From the NCBI GenBank assembly GCA_965207065.1, contig OZ242260.1, positions 2,720,001-2,784,000 of the forward strand: a stretch of 64,000 nucleotides of DNA. The letters are read 5' to 3'. This document shows positions 7,460 to 16,854 of the stretch, piece by piece. The notes beneath the pieces are model-generated. The model saw only the letters and a list, made by a program, of their open reading frames with translations, was not told the DNA's origin and made no database searches. A program made the translations under genes and the position numbers. Source of the stretch: a bacterium (GTDB lineage: Bacteria; UBA8248). The first letter of the stretch is position 1. Each line of letters begins with the position of its first letter.

Positions 7460-10111
7460 GTGGAGCTTTTCTTTCTCGCACTGCTGGTCCTGGCCATGGC
7501 CTTGGCGCTGGCGTCGGGCTACCCGGTGGCCTTCGCGCTGCCCGGCTCGGCCATCCTGACCATCGCCCTCGCGTCGATCACCGGCTACATTTTCGCCGGG
7601 GACGCCAGCGCCTTCTTCGCGCAGGACGGCCCCGTTCAGTGGCTGACGGCCGGCGTCACCAATTTCCGGGGCGTCTACTGGGAGGTCGAGCGCGACACCA
7701 TCATCGCCGTGCCCCTGTTCGTGTTCATGGGCATCATGCTGCAGCGCTCGAAGATCGCCGAAGACCTGCTGGTGACCATGGCGCGCCTGTTCGGGCCGGT
7801 TCCGGGGGGGCTCGGCATCTCGGTGGTGCTGGTGGGCGCGCTGCTGGCCGCCACCACCGGCATTCTCGGCGCCACGGTGGTGGCCATGGGCCTCATCTCG
7901 CTGCCGGCCATGCTGCGCAACGGCTACTCGCGCCGGCTCGCCACCGGCACCATCTGCGCGTCGGGCACGCTGGGGCAGATCATCCCGCCCTCGGTGGTGC
8001 TCATCATCCTGGCCGACCAGCTCTCGAACGCCACCGATCAGGCGGGCACGCTGCGGCTGGTGGACTTCAAGGCCTCCACCGGCCAGTTCATCATGCCCAC
8101 GGAATTCAGCATCACCTCGGCCAGCGCGGGCGACATGTTCCTGGGCGCCATCGTGCCCGGCCTGGTGCTGGTGGGCCTCTACGTCGCCTACATACTCGCG
8201 GCCGCCCTCATCCGGCCGAACACCGCGCCGGCCATCCCCATGGAAGGCGACTTCGACCGCCAGTTCGCCGCCCGCGTGGTGATGGCGCTGATTCCGCCCC
8301 TGGCGCTCATCCTGGCCGTGCTCGGCTCCATCATCGCGGGCATCGCCACGGTCAACCAGGCGGGCGCCATCGGCGCCGTCGGCGCCACCATCATGGCGGG
8401 CTACCGGTTGAGCGAGGGTCAGCGCGGGTGCTACACGCCGGCCATCATCGCGGGCCTGTCCCTGCTCGCGCTCTTCATCCTGCTGGTCACCGTCGACCTG
8501 AACATACGCACCATCCACGGCGCCTACGAGGCTATCGGCGTGACGTTCGCCGGAATCGCGGTCGCCGGCCTGCTGGTCTCCGTGGCCTGGAGCGGCTGGC
8601 GCGCCTACCGCACCGAGAACATGCTCGCGGGCGTCATGGTCGAGACCGCCAAGACCACCGCCATGGTCTTCATCATCCTCCTGGGCGCGGCCATGCTCAC
8701 CTCCGCCTTCCGGGGCTTCGGCGGCGAGGAGTTGGTGAAGGAGTTCCTCACCACCCTGCCCGGCGGCTTCTGGAGCCAGTTCATCGTCGTCATGGCGGTG
8801 ATCTTCATCCTCGGGTTTTTCCTCGATTTCATCGAGATCGCGGTTGTGGTGGTGCCCATCGTGGCCCCCATCCTGCTCTCGGACCCCTCGGCCAACGTCA
8901 CCGCGGTCTGGCTCGGGGTGATGATCGGCGTCAACATGCAGACCTCTTTCCTGACGCCGCCGTTCGGTTTCGCGCTGTTCTACCTGCGCGGCGTGGCGCC
9001 GCCCGCCGTGCTGACGACGGACATCTACCGGGGCGTGGTCCCCTTCATCGTGCTGCAGCTCATGGCCCTGGGCATCGTCGGCTTCTATCCGCCCCTGGTG
9101 AACTACCTGCCGACGCGCACGTCGCTCACGGGCGAGACCGCGCCGCCCCCGCGCAACCCGCGCTTGCAGGCCTGCCTGGAGCAGCACCTCTTCGAGCAGT
9201 ACGACCGCGACGGCGAGAAGATACGCGCAAGCATTGGAGCCGCGCAAAAACTCGATACCGGCTATCTGCCCAAAAAAGTCCGGGGGAAACTGACCGGCGG
9301 CATGGAGAAGGCGGCCCGTACCTTCGACCTGGTCGCGCAAGTGCGCCGTGCGAGTGCGGAGCGCATAAGGTTCGGGGAGACATACAAGCCCTTGCACACC
9401 GTCATCAGGCGCGTCAACGCGGACGAGAGGCGGATCGACCGCGAGATCCGCGAGATCCGCACCACCATCCGGCGCATGGGGCGGGATGCGGACGGGGCGG
9501 CGGCGCTGCGCCACGAGATCGAGGAGTTGACGAAGCTTAGGGCGCGCACCGAGGCGAGACGTCCCGAGGGCGGGAAGAAGATGCGCCGGCGATACCAGAC
9601 TCTCGAAAAGACGGAGACCCGCGCCCGCCGCACATACCGGCGCAACGTCGACGACGCCTACGCCTCCGTGACCACGGTGCGCGAGATGCTGGCGAAGGTG
9701 GCCGCCCTGGAAGAAGCCGGCGCCAGGCTCAAGGGGCTGCCCGAAATCCTGCAGACGCAGACGGCCAAAAAGGCGGGTTCCGCCATCCGCGAGGCCGAGC
9801 GCGCGTTCAGAAAAGTTCCCGGTACCTACGATCTGCGCTCGGGTCTCTCCAGGGCGCGCGCGGACGCGAGACGTGGCAAGTCCGGCAAGAAGCGCGCCGG
9901 GAAGCGCCTGAATGACGTGATCGCCCTGTTCGAGCGCGAGGTGGCCTGGCGAACCCGCGCCGCCCGGGAACTGGACCGCGGTCTGGCGGCTTATGAGGCC
10001 GTGCTGCGGGAAACCATCGGCGTCCGGCAGCTGGAGCGGCTGCCGAGCCGGCTCGCGAAACCCGTGGCGGCCTGCATGTCGAACCACCGCGACATCTCGC
10101 TCAGCTTCTAG
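7460..10111 (+). CDS. dctM: TRAP transporter large permease with a ~330-aa C-terminal soluble extension
   Basis: GTG 2 nt after the dctQ stop; AVPLFVFMG, ASGTLGQIIPPS, NMQTSFLTPPFGFALFYL; then a hydrophilic R/K/E/A-rich tail. Confidence 0.9.
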   Translation: MELFFLALLVLAMALALASGYPVAFALPGSAILTIALASITGYIFAGDASAFFAQDGPVQWLTAGVTNFRGVYWEVERDTIIAVPLFVFMGIMLQRSKIAEDLLVTMARLFGPVPGGLGISVVLVGALLAATTGILGATVVAMGLISLPAMLRNGYSRRLATGTICASGTLGQIIPPSVVLIILADQLSNATDQAGTLRLVDFKASTGQFIMPTEFSITSASAGDMFLGAIVPGLVLVGLYVAYILAAALIRPNTAPAIPMEGDFDRQFAARVVMALIPPLALILAVLGSIIAGIATVNQAGAIGAVGATIMAGYRLSEGQRGCYTPAIIAGLSLLALFILLVTVDLNIRTIHGAYEAIGVTFAGIAVAGLLVSVAWSGWRAYRTENMLAGVMVETAKTTAMVFIILLGAAMLTSAFRGFGGEELVKEFLTTLPGGFWSQFIVVMAVIFILGFFLDFIEIAVVVVPIVAPILLSDPSANVTAVWLGVMIGVNMQTSFLTPPFGFALFYLRGVAPPAVLTTDIYRGVVPFIVLQLMALGIVGFYPPLVNYLPTRTSLTGETAPPPRNPRLQACLEQHLFEQYDRDGEKIRASIGAAQKLDTGYLPKKVRGKLTGGMEKAARTFDLVAQVRRASAERIRFGETYKPLHTVIRRVNADERRIDREIREIRTTIRRMGRDADGAAALRHEIEELTKLRARTEARRPEGGKKMRRRYQTLEKTETRARRTYRRNVDDAYASVTTVREMLAKVAALEEAGARLKGLPEILQTQTAKKAGSAIREAERAFRKVPGTYDLRSGLSRARADARRGKSGKKRAGKRLNDVIALFEREVAWRTRAARELDRGLAAYEAVLRETIGVRQLERLPSRLAKPVAACMSNHRDISLSF

Positions 10112-10243
10112 GGGGGTAAGCGCGAGCGCCCGACCTTGAACATCAACGAACTCACTTACGACGCGCCCCCTTGAGATCAGCCTCACCCTGCAGATTCTTC
10201 CTTGGGCCTCTCTCGCTTCGAAATGGACGAACACGCGGCTTTC

Positions 10244-10267
10244 GTAGGGGCGGCTCGCGAGCCGCCC
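10244..10267 (+). repeat. GTAG-type REP, left member of an inverted pair
   Basis: GTAG followed by the palindrome GGGCGGCTCGCGAGCCGCCC. Confidence 0.75.
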
Positions 10268-10417
10268 GATTGGGTTTGTTACGCAACACGATCTTTTTTT
10301 CTTGCCTTTTTCGAGAAGATTACTCCTTGCGCATCGCCTCTTGATGGGCGAAAACATATCGGCGCGTTATGATCGTGGTATGATGTTCGTCGTTCGGAGC
10401 GAACTAGGAAAACTGAC

Positions 10418-11518
10418 ATGGAAAAATTGAAAACCGTCGAGATCAAGGGTTTCCGGTCCATTAAGGAGATGAAGCTGGAACTCCGATCGCTCAATGTTCT
10501 AATCGGCGCCAACGGCTCAGGGAAGAGCAATCTCATCGCCTTCTTCAAGTTGGTGAACGAGCTAATGGGCGGACGGCTTCAGCAACATATCGGCGCGACG
10601 GGGCGAACCACGGCCAATTTACACTTCGGCCCTAAGGTAACTCCCCAACTGGAAGCGGAAATGGTGTTCGAAGTGGGAAATGGAACGGACACCTATTTGA
10701 TGCGCCTGTTTAACGCCGCCGGTGATTCCCTGATTTTCGCCGAAGAAACGCTTTCTTTCCTCCAAACAGGCTATTCCAGCCCAAAGATCGTACCTCTAGG
10801 CAGCGGTCATCAGGAAACGCGGATAGGAGAGAAGGCGGACGAAGGTGACCCGACGGCGAAAACGCTCAGGTATTTACTGAATCGCTGCCGCGTCTATCAC
10901 TTCCACGACACGTCGCCGACTTCAAGAATCATGGGATATAGTTACATTGGTGACAATCGCTGGCTGATGCCCGATGCGGCGAATCTGGCGGCGATATTGC
11001 ATGAACTAAAATGTTCCAATGAAAAGGTGTATCACCGAATAGTATCAACTATTCAACAGGTGGCCCCGTTTTTCGATGACTTCGACTTAGAGCCGAAAAA
11101 TTCCAAAGAAATTATCCTCAACTGGCGGCACCGCGCGTCCGATCTCGTCTTTGGTCCCCATCAACTATCAGACGGAACGCTGCGGGCCATCTGCCTGATT
11201 TCCCTGCTGTTGCAGCCCAAAGAAAACCTCCCCTGTCTGATCGTGGTGGATGAACCGGAACTGGGATTACACCCCTATGCGCTCAACGTGATTGCCTCGT
11301 TGTTTCGCGCCGCAAGTCACCATAGACAGGTTCTCGTCAGCACGCAGTCCAGCGCGTTTCTCGACAGCTTCGAACCGGAGGACATCGTGCTCGTCGAGCG
11401 TAAGGGCGAGGCTACGGAATTCGGGAGAGCGGACGCCGACAAGCTCGACGCATGGCTGGAGGATTACTCGCTCGGGGAAATCTGGGAGAAGAACATCCTC
11501 GGCGCGGGCCCACACTAA
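10418..11518 (+). CDS. ABC-type (AAA_21-like) ATPase, putative defence component
   Basis: Walker A GANGSGKS, signature LSDGT, Walker B VVDEPE, GLHP, STQS; no TM segments. Confidence 0.88.
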   Translation: MEKLKTVEIKGFRSIKEMKLELRSLNVLIGANGSGKSNLIAFFKLVNELMGGRLQQHIGATGRTTANLHFGPKVTPQLEAEMVFEVGNGTDTYLMRLFNAAGDSLIFAEETLSFLQTGYSSPKIVPLGSGHQETRIGEKADEGDPTAKTLRYLLNRCRVYHFHDTSPTSRIMGYSYIGDNRWLMPDAANLAAILHELKCSNEKVYHRIVSTIQQVAPFFDDFDLEPKNSKEIILNWRHRASDLVFGPHQLSDGTLRAICLISLLLQPKENLPCLIVVDEPELGLHPYALNVIASLFRAASHHRQVLVSTQSSAFLDSFEPEDIVLVERKGEATEFGRADADKLDAWLEDYSLGEIWEKNILGAGPH

Positions 11519-12201
11519 TGGTCCGGCTCCACCTTTTTGTCGAAGGTCAAACCGAGCAGACATTCGCCGATATGGTCTTGAAACCACACTTGGCGAATTT
11601 CGATGTCTTCATGCAAAAACCGGCTCTGATCGCACACGCTCATAAAAAAGGGAAGGTTCATCGAGGGGGCGGAAGAAATTTCCTGGCGATGCAGAAGGAT
11701 ATCCTGACCCGTCTCAAGGAGGATCCGGGGAGTGACGTGTTTTTCACCACGATGATCGATCTTTACGGCCTGCCTGCTAATTTTCCCGGTATCGAGGAAG
11801 CTGAAAAATTGCGCCATCTCCCTTATGAACGTGTGGTAGCCCTCGAAACGTCCTGGGTTGACGATACCGAAGATAAGCGCTTCATCCCCTTCATTCAGTT
11901 GCATGAATTCGAGGCTTATTTGTTTTGCGACGTGTCCCGATTCGATTTCTTCTTTGATAATGCGGATTCCGAAGTCTCTGCTTTGCTGAAAATAGCCGAT
12001 CAGTTCCAGTCACCGGAACTGATCGACGACGGCCAACACACGGCCCCATCGAAGCGAATCAGCGGCCAATTTCCTGAATATGAGGACTCAAAGCCTACGA
12101 TTGGATCACAGATGGCCGAACGAATTGGCCTGGAAAATATACGCTCCCAATGCTCTCACTTCAATGGGTGGATTGAGCGGCTGGAGAAACTCGGGACGTA
12201 G
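11518..12201 (+). CDS. DUF4276-like protein (TOPRIM-related partner of the ATPase)
   Basis: TAATG coupling with the ATPase; motifs FVEGQTE, TTMIDLYG, HEFEAYLF, PELID, APSKRI, CSHFNGW. Confidence 0.8.
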   Translation: MVRLHLFVEGQTEQTFADMVLKPHLANFDVFMQKPALIAHAHKKGKVHRGGGRNFLAMQKDILTRLKEDPGSDVFFTTMIDLYGLPANFPGIEEAEKLRHLPYERVVALETSWVDDTEDKRFIPFIQLHEFEAYLFCDVSRFDFFFDNADSEVSALLKIADQFQSPELIDDGQHTAPSKRISGQFPEYEDSKPTIGSQMAERIGLENIRSQCSHFNGWIERLEKLGT

Positions 12202-12227
12202 CTACCTTGAGACAATGGCGAATAGCA

Positions 12228-12252
12228 GGGTCGGTTCGCGAGCCGCCCCTGC
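12228..12252 (-). repeat. GTAG-type REP, right inverted and slightly degenerate member
   Basis: Reverse complement GCAGGGGCGGCTCGCGAACCGACCC matches 10244-10267. Confidence 0.7.
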
Positions 12253-12263
12253 ATTACCAGCCC

Positions 12264-13169
12264 TTACCCGCCGCTATCCTCCCTCTCCTCGAACACCTTA
12301 TACACCGCCGCGCTGTCGAGGGAGCCGAATCCCAGTTCCTGTCCTTCTGTGTAAAAGGGCAGGCAGAGATCGCCGAGCGGCATGTTGGCGCTCACACTCT
12401 CTCCTAAGGCGAGGCCGAGCTTGATGTCCTTGGTCAGCACGTCGAGCGTACTCACGGGGTTCGAGAAGTCTCCGCTCACCATCCGGGGGCCTCGGTTTCT
12501 GAGCTGCCTGCTGTCGGCGGCGCTCCGCATGAAGGCGTCCAGCAGGAGTTCCCCTTTCACGCCCGCTCTCAGGCCCATGCGCAGCGTCTCGGCGATGGCG
12601 CACCGCTGCAGACAGGTGAGGTAGTTGATGAGCACCTTCATCGTCGCGCCGTCGCCCGCGGCACCGCAATGAATCTGATCGGACAACAGGCGGCCGAGCA
12701 TGTCTTTCACGAGCGCGTGCGTCCGTTCCTCCCCGCCCACGAGAAAGAGGCCCGAGCGGTTCTTCACGTTCTCGCTGTTGCCGCTCACGCACGCCTCCAT
12801 GAAGTCGAAGCTGCGCTCTGCGCACAGCCGCGCCATCTCGCGCGTGTCCTCGGGGTCCGCCGTGGTGGTGTCGACCACGGCCTTTGGTTTCTTGTCGGGA
12901 TCGGCCGTGAGATATCCACCCGCACCCCGGGCGCATTCGAGCGATATCTTCGAGTTTGGCACCGAGATGAATACGAAATCGGCCGTCTCGGCCACTTCCT
13001 TGGGAGAGGCGAGCACGGAGCCTCCCAGCGTCTTGAATTCATCCTGCGCCGCCGGGACCGGGTCCGCCCCCACGAGCCGGTAGCCGTCCTCGATCAGGTT
13101 CCTGGAAAACGCCCGGCCCATGAGGCCCAGGCCGATGAAGCCGATGGTTTCTTCTCTTTGCGTGTTCAC
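12264..13169 (-). CDS. NAD(P)-dependent oxidoreductase, beta-hydroxyacid dehydrogenase family
   Basis: GFIGLGLMG Rossmann motif, EACVSG, catalytic-Lys region GATMKVLIN, KDIKLG. Confidence 0.88.
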   Translation of the reverse strand: MNTQREETIGFIGLGLMGRAFSRNLIEDGYRLVGADPVPAAQDEFKTLGGSVLASPKEVAETADFVFISVPNSKISLECARGAGGYLTADPDKKPKAVVDTTTADPEDTREMARLCAERSFDFMEACVSGNSENVKNRSGLFLVGGEERTHALVKDMLGRLLSDQIHCGAAGDGATMKVLINYLTCLQRCAIAETLRMGLRAGVKGELLLDAFMRSAADSRQLRNRGPRMVSGDFSNPVSTLDVLTKDIKLGLALGESVSANMPLGDLCLPFYTEGQELGFGSLDSAAVYKVFEEREDSGG

Positions 13170-13268
13170 ACTTTTCTCCCTGCGTCGATGCTTTCATGGT
13201 GATGTGTGGGTGGTTTATTCATTTGGGAAACGTCGTCGGGACCCGAAGGTTGCCGGTAAGTATGAAAT

Positions 13269-14318
13269 TCAGCTTTCCTGATTCGGTAAAAGCACCACCT
13301 TGATGGCCCCGTCTTTTCGCTCGCGCATCATCTCGATGCCCCGGTGCACCATGGAAAGCGGTATCTGGTGCGTGATCATGGGTTTAATGTTCAACTCACC
13401 GCGCGCGGCGAGGTCGATGCAGACCTCGAAGGTGTCGGGGTGTCCGCGTGAGCCGATGATCTCTTTTTCCAGATGCTGGAGGTGTTCGAGCGGTATGGGC
13501 GCATCCACCGAGAACGCGCCCACGACGACGATGCGCCCGCCCTTGCGCGCCATCTCGAAGGCCTGCGCCATCGTCTTGTTCTGCGCCCCGCCCACGACTT
13601 CGAGCACGGCGTCCGCCCCGTGCCCGCCGGTCAGGTCCTGCACGGCGGTAACGGAATCGTACGCGCGCACGTCTATCGTCTCATCCGCCCCCATCTCCCG
13701 GGCGACTTCGAGCCTTTCCGCCACCGCATCGATGGCGATGACGCGGGCGCCGACGTATTTCGCAGCGGCCAGCGCGCACATGCCCACAGGCCCCATCCCG
13801 ATGATGGCCACGGTCTCGCCGGCTTCCAGCCGCGCGCGGTTCATCACCACGTGGTAGCCCGTCCCCAGCGTCTGCATCACCGAGGCAGTAGCGTCGTCCA
13901 GATCATCAGGCAGGGGCAGCACGGACTTGGCGGGCGCCACGACATGCCGGCTGTAGCCGCCGTCGGCGTTCATGCCGATGGAGCGCGAGTTGTTGCACAG
14001 GTTCACCCGGCCCATCTTGCAGAAATAGCATTCCCCGCAGTGCACGTGGTTCTCGATGCAGGCGCGCGCGCCGACTTCCACGCCTTCTACGCCCGGACCC
14101 AGCGCGCTCACCACGCCCATGAGTTCATGGCCCGGCACGACGGGGTATTTCGCGCGCCGCACGTGTCCGTCCATCAGGTGGAAATCGCTGCCGCATATCG
14201 CGCAGGCGCCGACTTCGACGAGCACCTCGCCGGCGCCGGGTTGGGGAACGGGGCGCTCCACGAGTTCGAGCCTCCCCGGTTCATGCAAAAGCGCCGCGAG
14301 TGAATTTTGCGCGTTCAA
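13269..14318 (-). CDS. Zinc-dependent alcohol dehydrogenase (MDR family)
   Basis: CGSD, GHE, CGECYFC...C structural Zn site, GMGPVG; TTG start after GGAGG. Confidence 0.9.
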   Translation of the reverse strand: MNAQNSLAALLHEPGRLELVERPVPQPGAGEVLVEVGACAICGSDFHLMDGHVRRAKYPVVPGHELMGVVSALGPGVEGVEVGARACIENHVHCGECYFCKMGRVNLCNNSRSIGMNADGGYSRHVVAPAKSVLPLPDDLDDATASVMQTLGTGYHVVMNRARLEAGETVAIIGMGPVGMCALAAAKYVGARVIAIDAVAERLEVAREMGADETIDVRAYDSVTAVQDLTGGHGADAVLEVVGGAQNKTMAQAFEMARKGGRIVVVGAFSVDAPIPLEHLQHLEKEIIGSRGHPDTFEVCIDLAARGELNIKPMITHQIPLSMVHRGIEMMRERKDGAIKVVLLPNQES

Positions 14319-14415
14319 GGGGAATCCTCCGGTGGTGATTTTGGGTTTTCGGCAATTTGGCGACGCACTATAAGGTTTTATCCCGCGCTTCGCCAGAGGA
14401 GGGGGTTTCCCAGAT

Positions 14416-14754
14416 GGGGTTGTTGAAAAGGCCGTATGGAGAGCCTGCAAGTAGATGGGTTGTAGGGACAGACCCCTGTGCCTGTCCGAGGTCGTGACCT
14501 GTCCGGGCCTCCGAGCTTATCCCTGCGAAGCGCAACCACGGGGATGGATATATCCGATTTGGGCGGCCACGGGGGGCCGCCCCTACGGGTGAATGTGGTT
14601 TTGATCGTCATTCCGGCGAAAGCCGGAATCCATTTTTACGCCTTTTGTATTTCGTCAGGGTCCCCGCGCATCGACGGGGAAGGAAACGCCGCTGTTCATT
14701 CCCCCGCACCCGCAAATGGATTCCGGCTTTCGCCAGATTTATTCGAAGCAGGCC
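14416..14754. mobile_element. Composite TIR element carrying two palindrome families
   Basis: Left TIR GGGGTTGTTGAAAAGGCCG; GTAG REPs at 14462-14504 and 14561-14586 (inverted); CGTCATTCCGGCGAAAGCCGGAATCCAT (14606-14633) with an inverted partner at 14716-14738; right TIR degenerate. Confidence 0.65.
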
Positions 14755-14817
14755 TCCGCGCCTTGCGGAGCGCGGGTCGGGATTGTAGGATTCGCGCGTC
14801 TTCAAGGAGAAAGCTAA

Positions 14818-15909
14818 ATGGTGATTCACAAGAAAGAGGTCGGTATCGGTCTGATTGGCGCGGGCAAGATCGGCTCGCTCCGCGCCCATCTGGCGGCGAC
14901 TTCACCCGTGGTGAATTTCTTCGCCATATCGGACATCGACCCCCAGCGCGCCGAGGCCGTGGCCCAGCAGAACGAGGCGGCCTTTCATACCTCGGATAAC
15001 CGTGAGGTCATCGAACACCCCCAGGTGGATGCCCTCATCGTCTCCACGCCCGAGGGCGAGCACACCGAAGCCATCTGCATGGCGCTGGAAGCCGGAAAGC
15101 CCGTACTGGTCGAAAAGCCCATCGCGCTCACGCTGCCGGATGCCGACAGGATCATGGAGTCGAAGGAGAAGGGCGGCGCGGAGCTCTACATCGGCTACAC
15201 GCAGCGGATCAGGCGAAAATTCCTGGCCATCAAGGAGCACATCGACGCGGGCCGCCTGGGCGAGGTGATGACCGCGCGCATGACCATCTACAACACGCGC
15301 CCCACGGCGCGGCAGGTCTACCTGCGCGCTCCGCACGCGAATCCCTTCACGGACGAGATCACCTACATGGCGGACATGGCGCTCTGGTTCTTCCAGCCCA
15401 GAAAGCCGGTTCGCGTCTACGCGCAGGCGGGCAGCGAAGTGTTTCACGATCATCCCGACCAGATGGGCGATTACGGCTGGGCGGTCGTCACCTTCGACGA
15501 CGGGGCGGCGGCGTGCCTGGGCGGGAACTGGGCGCTGCCCGAGCACTGGCCCGCCACGGTGGCGACCATCAGCATGGACATCTTCGGGAGCGAGGGTGCG
15601 GTCCGCATCGACGACGGCCACAAGGACGTCATGATGGTGGGCAACGAGCGCGTCCCCTCGCCCTATGCGCCGGACTCCTCGGTTGAGGTCGCCTTCCTGG
15701 GCTCCGCCATGCCGGGGGACTGGGCGGTGGGCGATTTCGTGGGGCCCATGCGGGACGAAACGAGGCTGTTCCTGGAGCGTGTCACCACCGGCAAGGACGT
15801 TCCGCTCTGCGACGCGGAAACGGGCCGCGCCGTGCTCGAACTCACGCTTGCGATGGAAGAGAGCGCCCGCCGGGGCGGCGAGGTCATCGAACTGCCGTTT
15901 AAGGGATGA
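14818..15909 (+). CDS. Gfo/Idh/MocA family oxidoreductase, paralog 1
   Basis: GLIGAGKIG, VSTPEGEH, VLVEKP. Confidence 0.9.
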   Translation: MVIHKKEVGIGLIGAGKIGSLRAHLAATSPVVNFFAISDIDPQRAEAVAQQNEAAFHTSDNREVIEHPQVDALIVSTPEGEHTEAICMALEAGKPVLVEKPIALTLPDADRIMESKEKGGAELYIGYTQRIRRKFLAIKEHIDAGRLGEVMTARMTIYNTRPTARQVYLRAPHANPFTDEITYMADMALWFFQPRKPVRVYAQAGSEVFHDHPDQMGDYGWAVVTFDDGAAACLGGNWALPEHWPATVATISMDIFGSEGAVRIDDGHKDVMMVGNERVPSPYAPDSSVEVAFLGSAMPGDWAVGDFVGPMRDETRLFLERVTTGKDVPLCDAETGRAVLELTLAMEESARRGGEVIELPFKG

Positions 15910-15954
15910 AAAGGTGAAGCGAGGAGCATCGGGGTGATGAGCGGCTCCATCTCC

Positions 15955-16020
15955 CGCCGAGGCGCTGTCGTCGCCGGAAGCCTGAAAGCGCCGGGATCCT
16001 GGAGGGCGGATGATGAGTAA
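15955..16020 (+). pseudogene. Probable relic of the extreme C-terminus of type I R-M hsdM
   Basis: Translates RRGAVVAGSLKAPGSWRADDE*, resembling the recalled HsdM tail RLDAAIAxNLKALGFW; its stop overlaps the HEPN start. Confidence 0.35.
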
Positions 16021-16426
16021 TCTCGATGAAACCCGGTGGATGCAAAGGCTGGAAAGCTTCGAAAACGCTCTCTCGCAACTGACGGATGCCTGCGCCATTA
16101 CGGAGTATAGCGATCTGGAGCGAGCCGGTCTGGTCCAGACATTCGAGTTCAGTTTTGAGCTCGCCTGGAACACCCTTAAGGATTTGCTGTTTTTCGAGGG
16201 TTATGACGAAAAGGTGCCCCGTTCGATTATCCGAAAGGGTTTCGAGGCCGGGTATCTCGGAGAGGATGACAGCGAGGCCCTGCTCGACGCCTTGGACAAG
16301 AGGAATCTGCTGAGCCATACCTATCGCAAGGAGATTGCGCTCGAAGCGGAAGCCCTGATCAAGAACAGCTATCACCCGACCTTGTTGCGGCTTCGCGCAA
16401 CCCTGAACGAGAAACGGCGGCGATGA
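16010..16426 (+). CDS. HEPN-domain protein (HI0074-like), putative toxin
   Basis: GLVQTFEFSFELAWNTLK and the R-x4-H motif RNLLSH. Confidence 0.88.
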   Translation: MMSNLDETRWMQRLESFENALSQLTDACAITEYSDLERAGLVQTFEFSFELAWNTLKDLLFFEGYDEKVPRSIIRKGFEAGYLGEDDSEALLDALDKRNLLSHTYRKEIALEAEALIKNSYHPTLLRLRATLNEKRRR

Positions 16427-16752
16427 CGGGCGCTCTCAAGGACAGGCATCGCGCGGCGATCACCGCCGCTTTCGCCGCCAACGACAAGGTGGAGCGGGCC
16501 GTTCTGTTCGGTTCCAGGGCCACGGGAACCAACACCGTGACGTCGGACGTGGACATCGCGCTGTTCGGCAGCCGCCTCACCCTGACCGACCAGGCTCGCC
16601 TCGCCGCCGACATCGAAGAAATTCCCATGGCGCAGGTGGTCGATCTGGTTCTCTACGATTCAATAGACAACCCGGTGCTGCGTCGGCATATCCGGGAGCA
16701 AGGGATCGAGTGGTACCGCAGGCAGGAGGCGAGCCGTTCGAGCATAAGATGA
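16423..16752 (+). CDS. Minimal nucleotidyltransferase (MNT), putative antitoxin
   Basis: LFGSRATG...SDVDIA motif; ATGA overlap with the HEPN gene. Confidence 0.88.
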   Translation: MTGALKDRHRAAITAAFAANDKVERAVLFGSRATGTNTVTSDVDIALFGSRLTLTDQARLAADIEEIPMAQVVDLVLYDSIDNPVLRRHIREQGIEWYRRQEASRSSIR

Positions 16753-16811
16753 GGCGGTTCGTCGCGCAGCTTCTTGCGCTACAGGAACAAGGCGCGAGAC
16801 GCGACGCCGCC
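16728..16811 (+). pseudogene. Probable relic of the type I R-M hsdM 3' region
   Basis: Alternate frame reads GEPFEHKMRRFVAQLLALQEQGARRDAA, close to the recalled HsdM consensus GEPFEEKMxRLVAQLxxQQxEGARLDAA. Confidence 0.55.
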
Positions 16812-16854
16812 GGACGAAGTGAAACCAGTTCTGTATATCTAGAAGGATAATAAA

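Noticed and set aside
7391-10357. 988-aa antisense ORF and the many other long overlapping ORFs (e.g. 4752-6425, 46010-47488, 61097-62779)
   Set aside because: Shadow frames of high-GC3 genes, with no recognisable motifs.
15930-15990. Hammerhead ribozyme (TGATGAG...GAAA)
   Set aside because: Core reads GTGATGAG rather than CTGATGA, and the required stems were not found.
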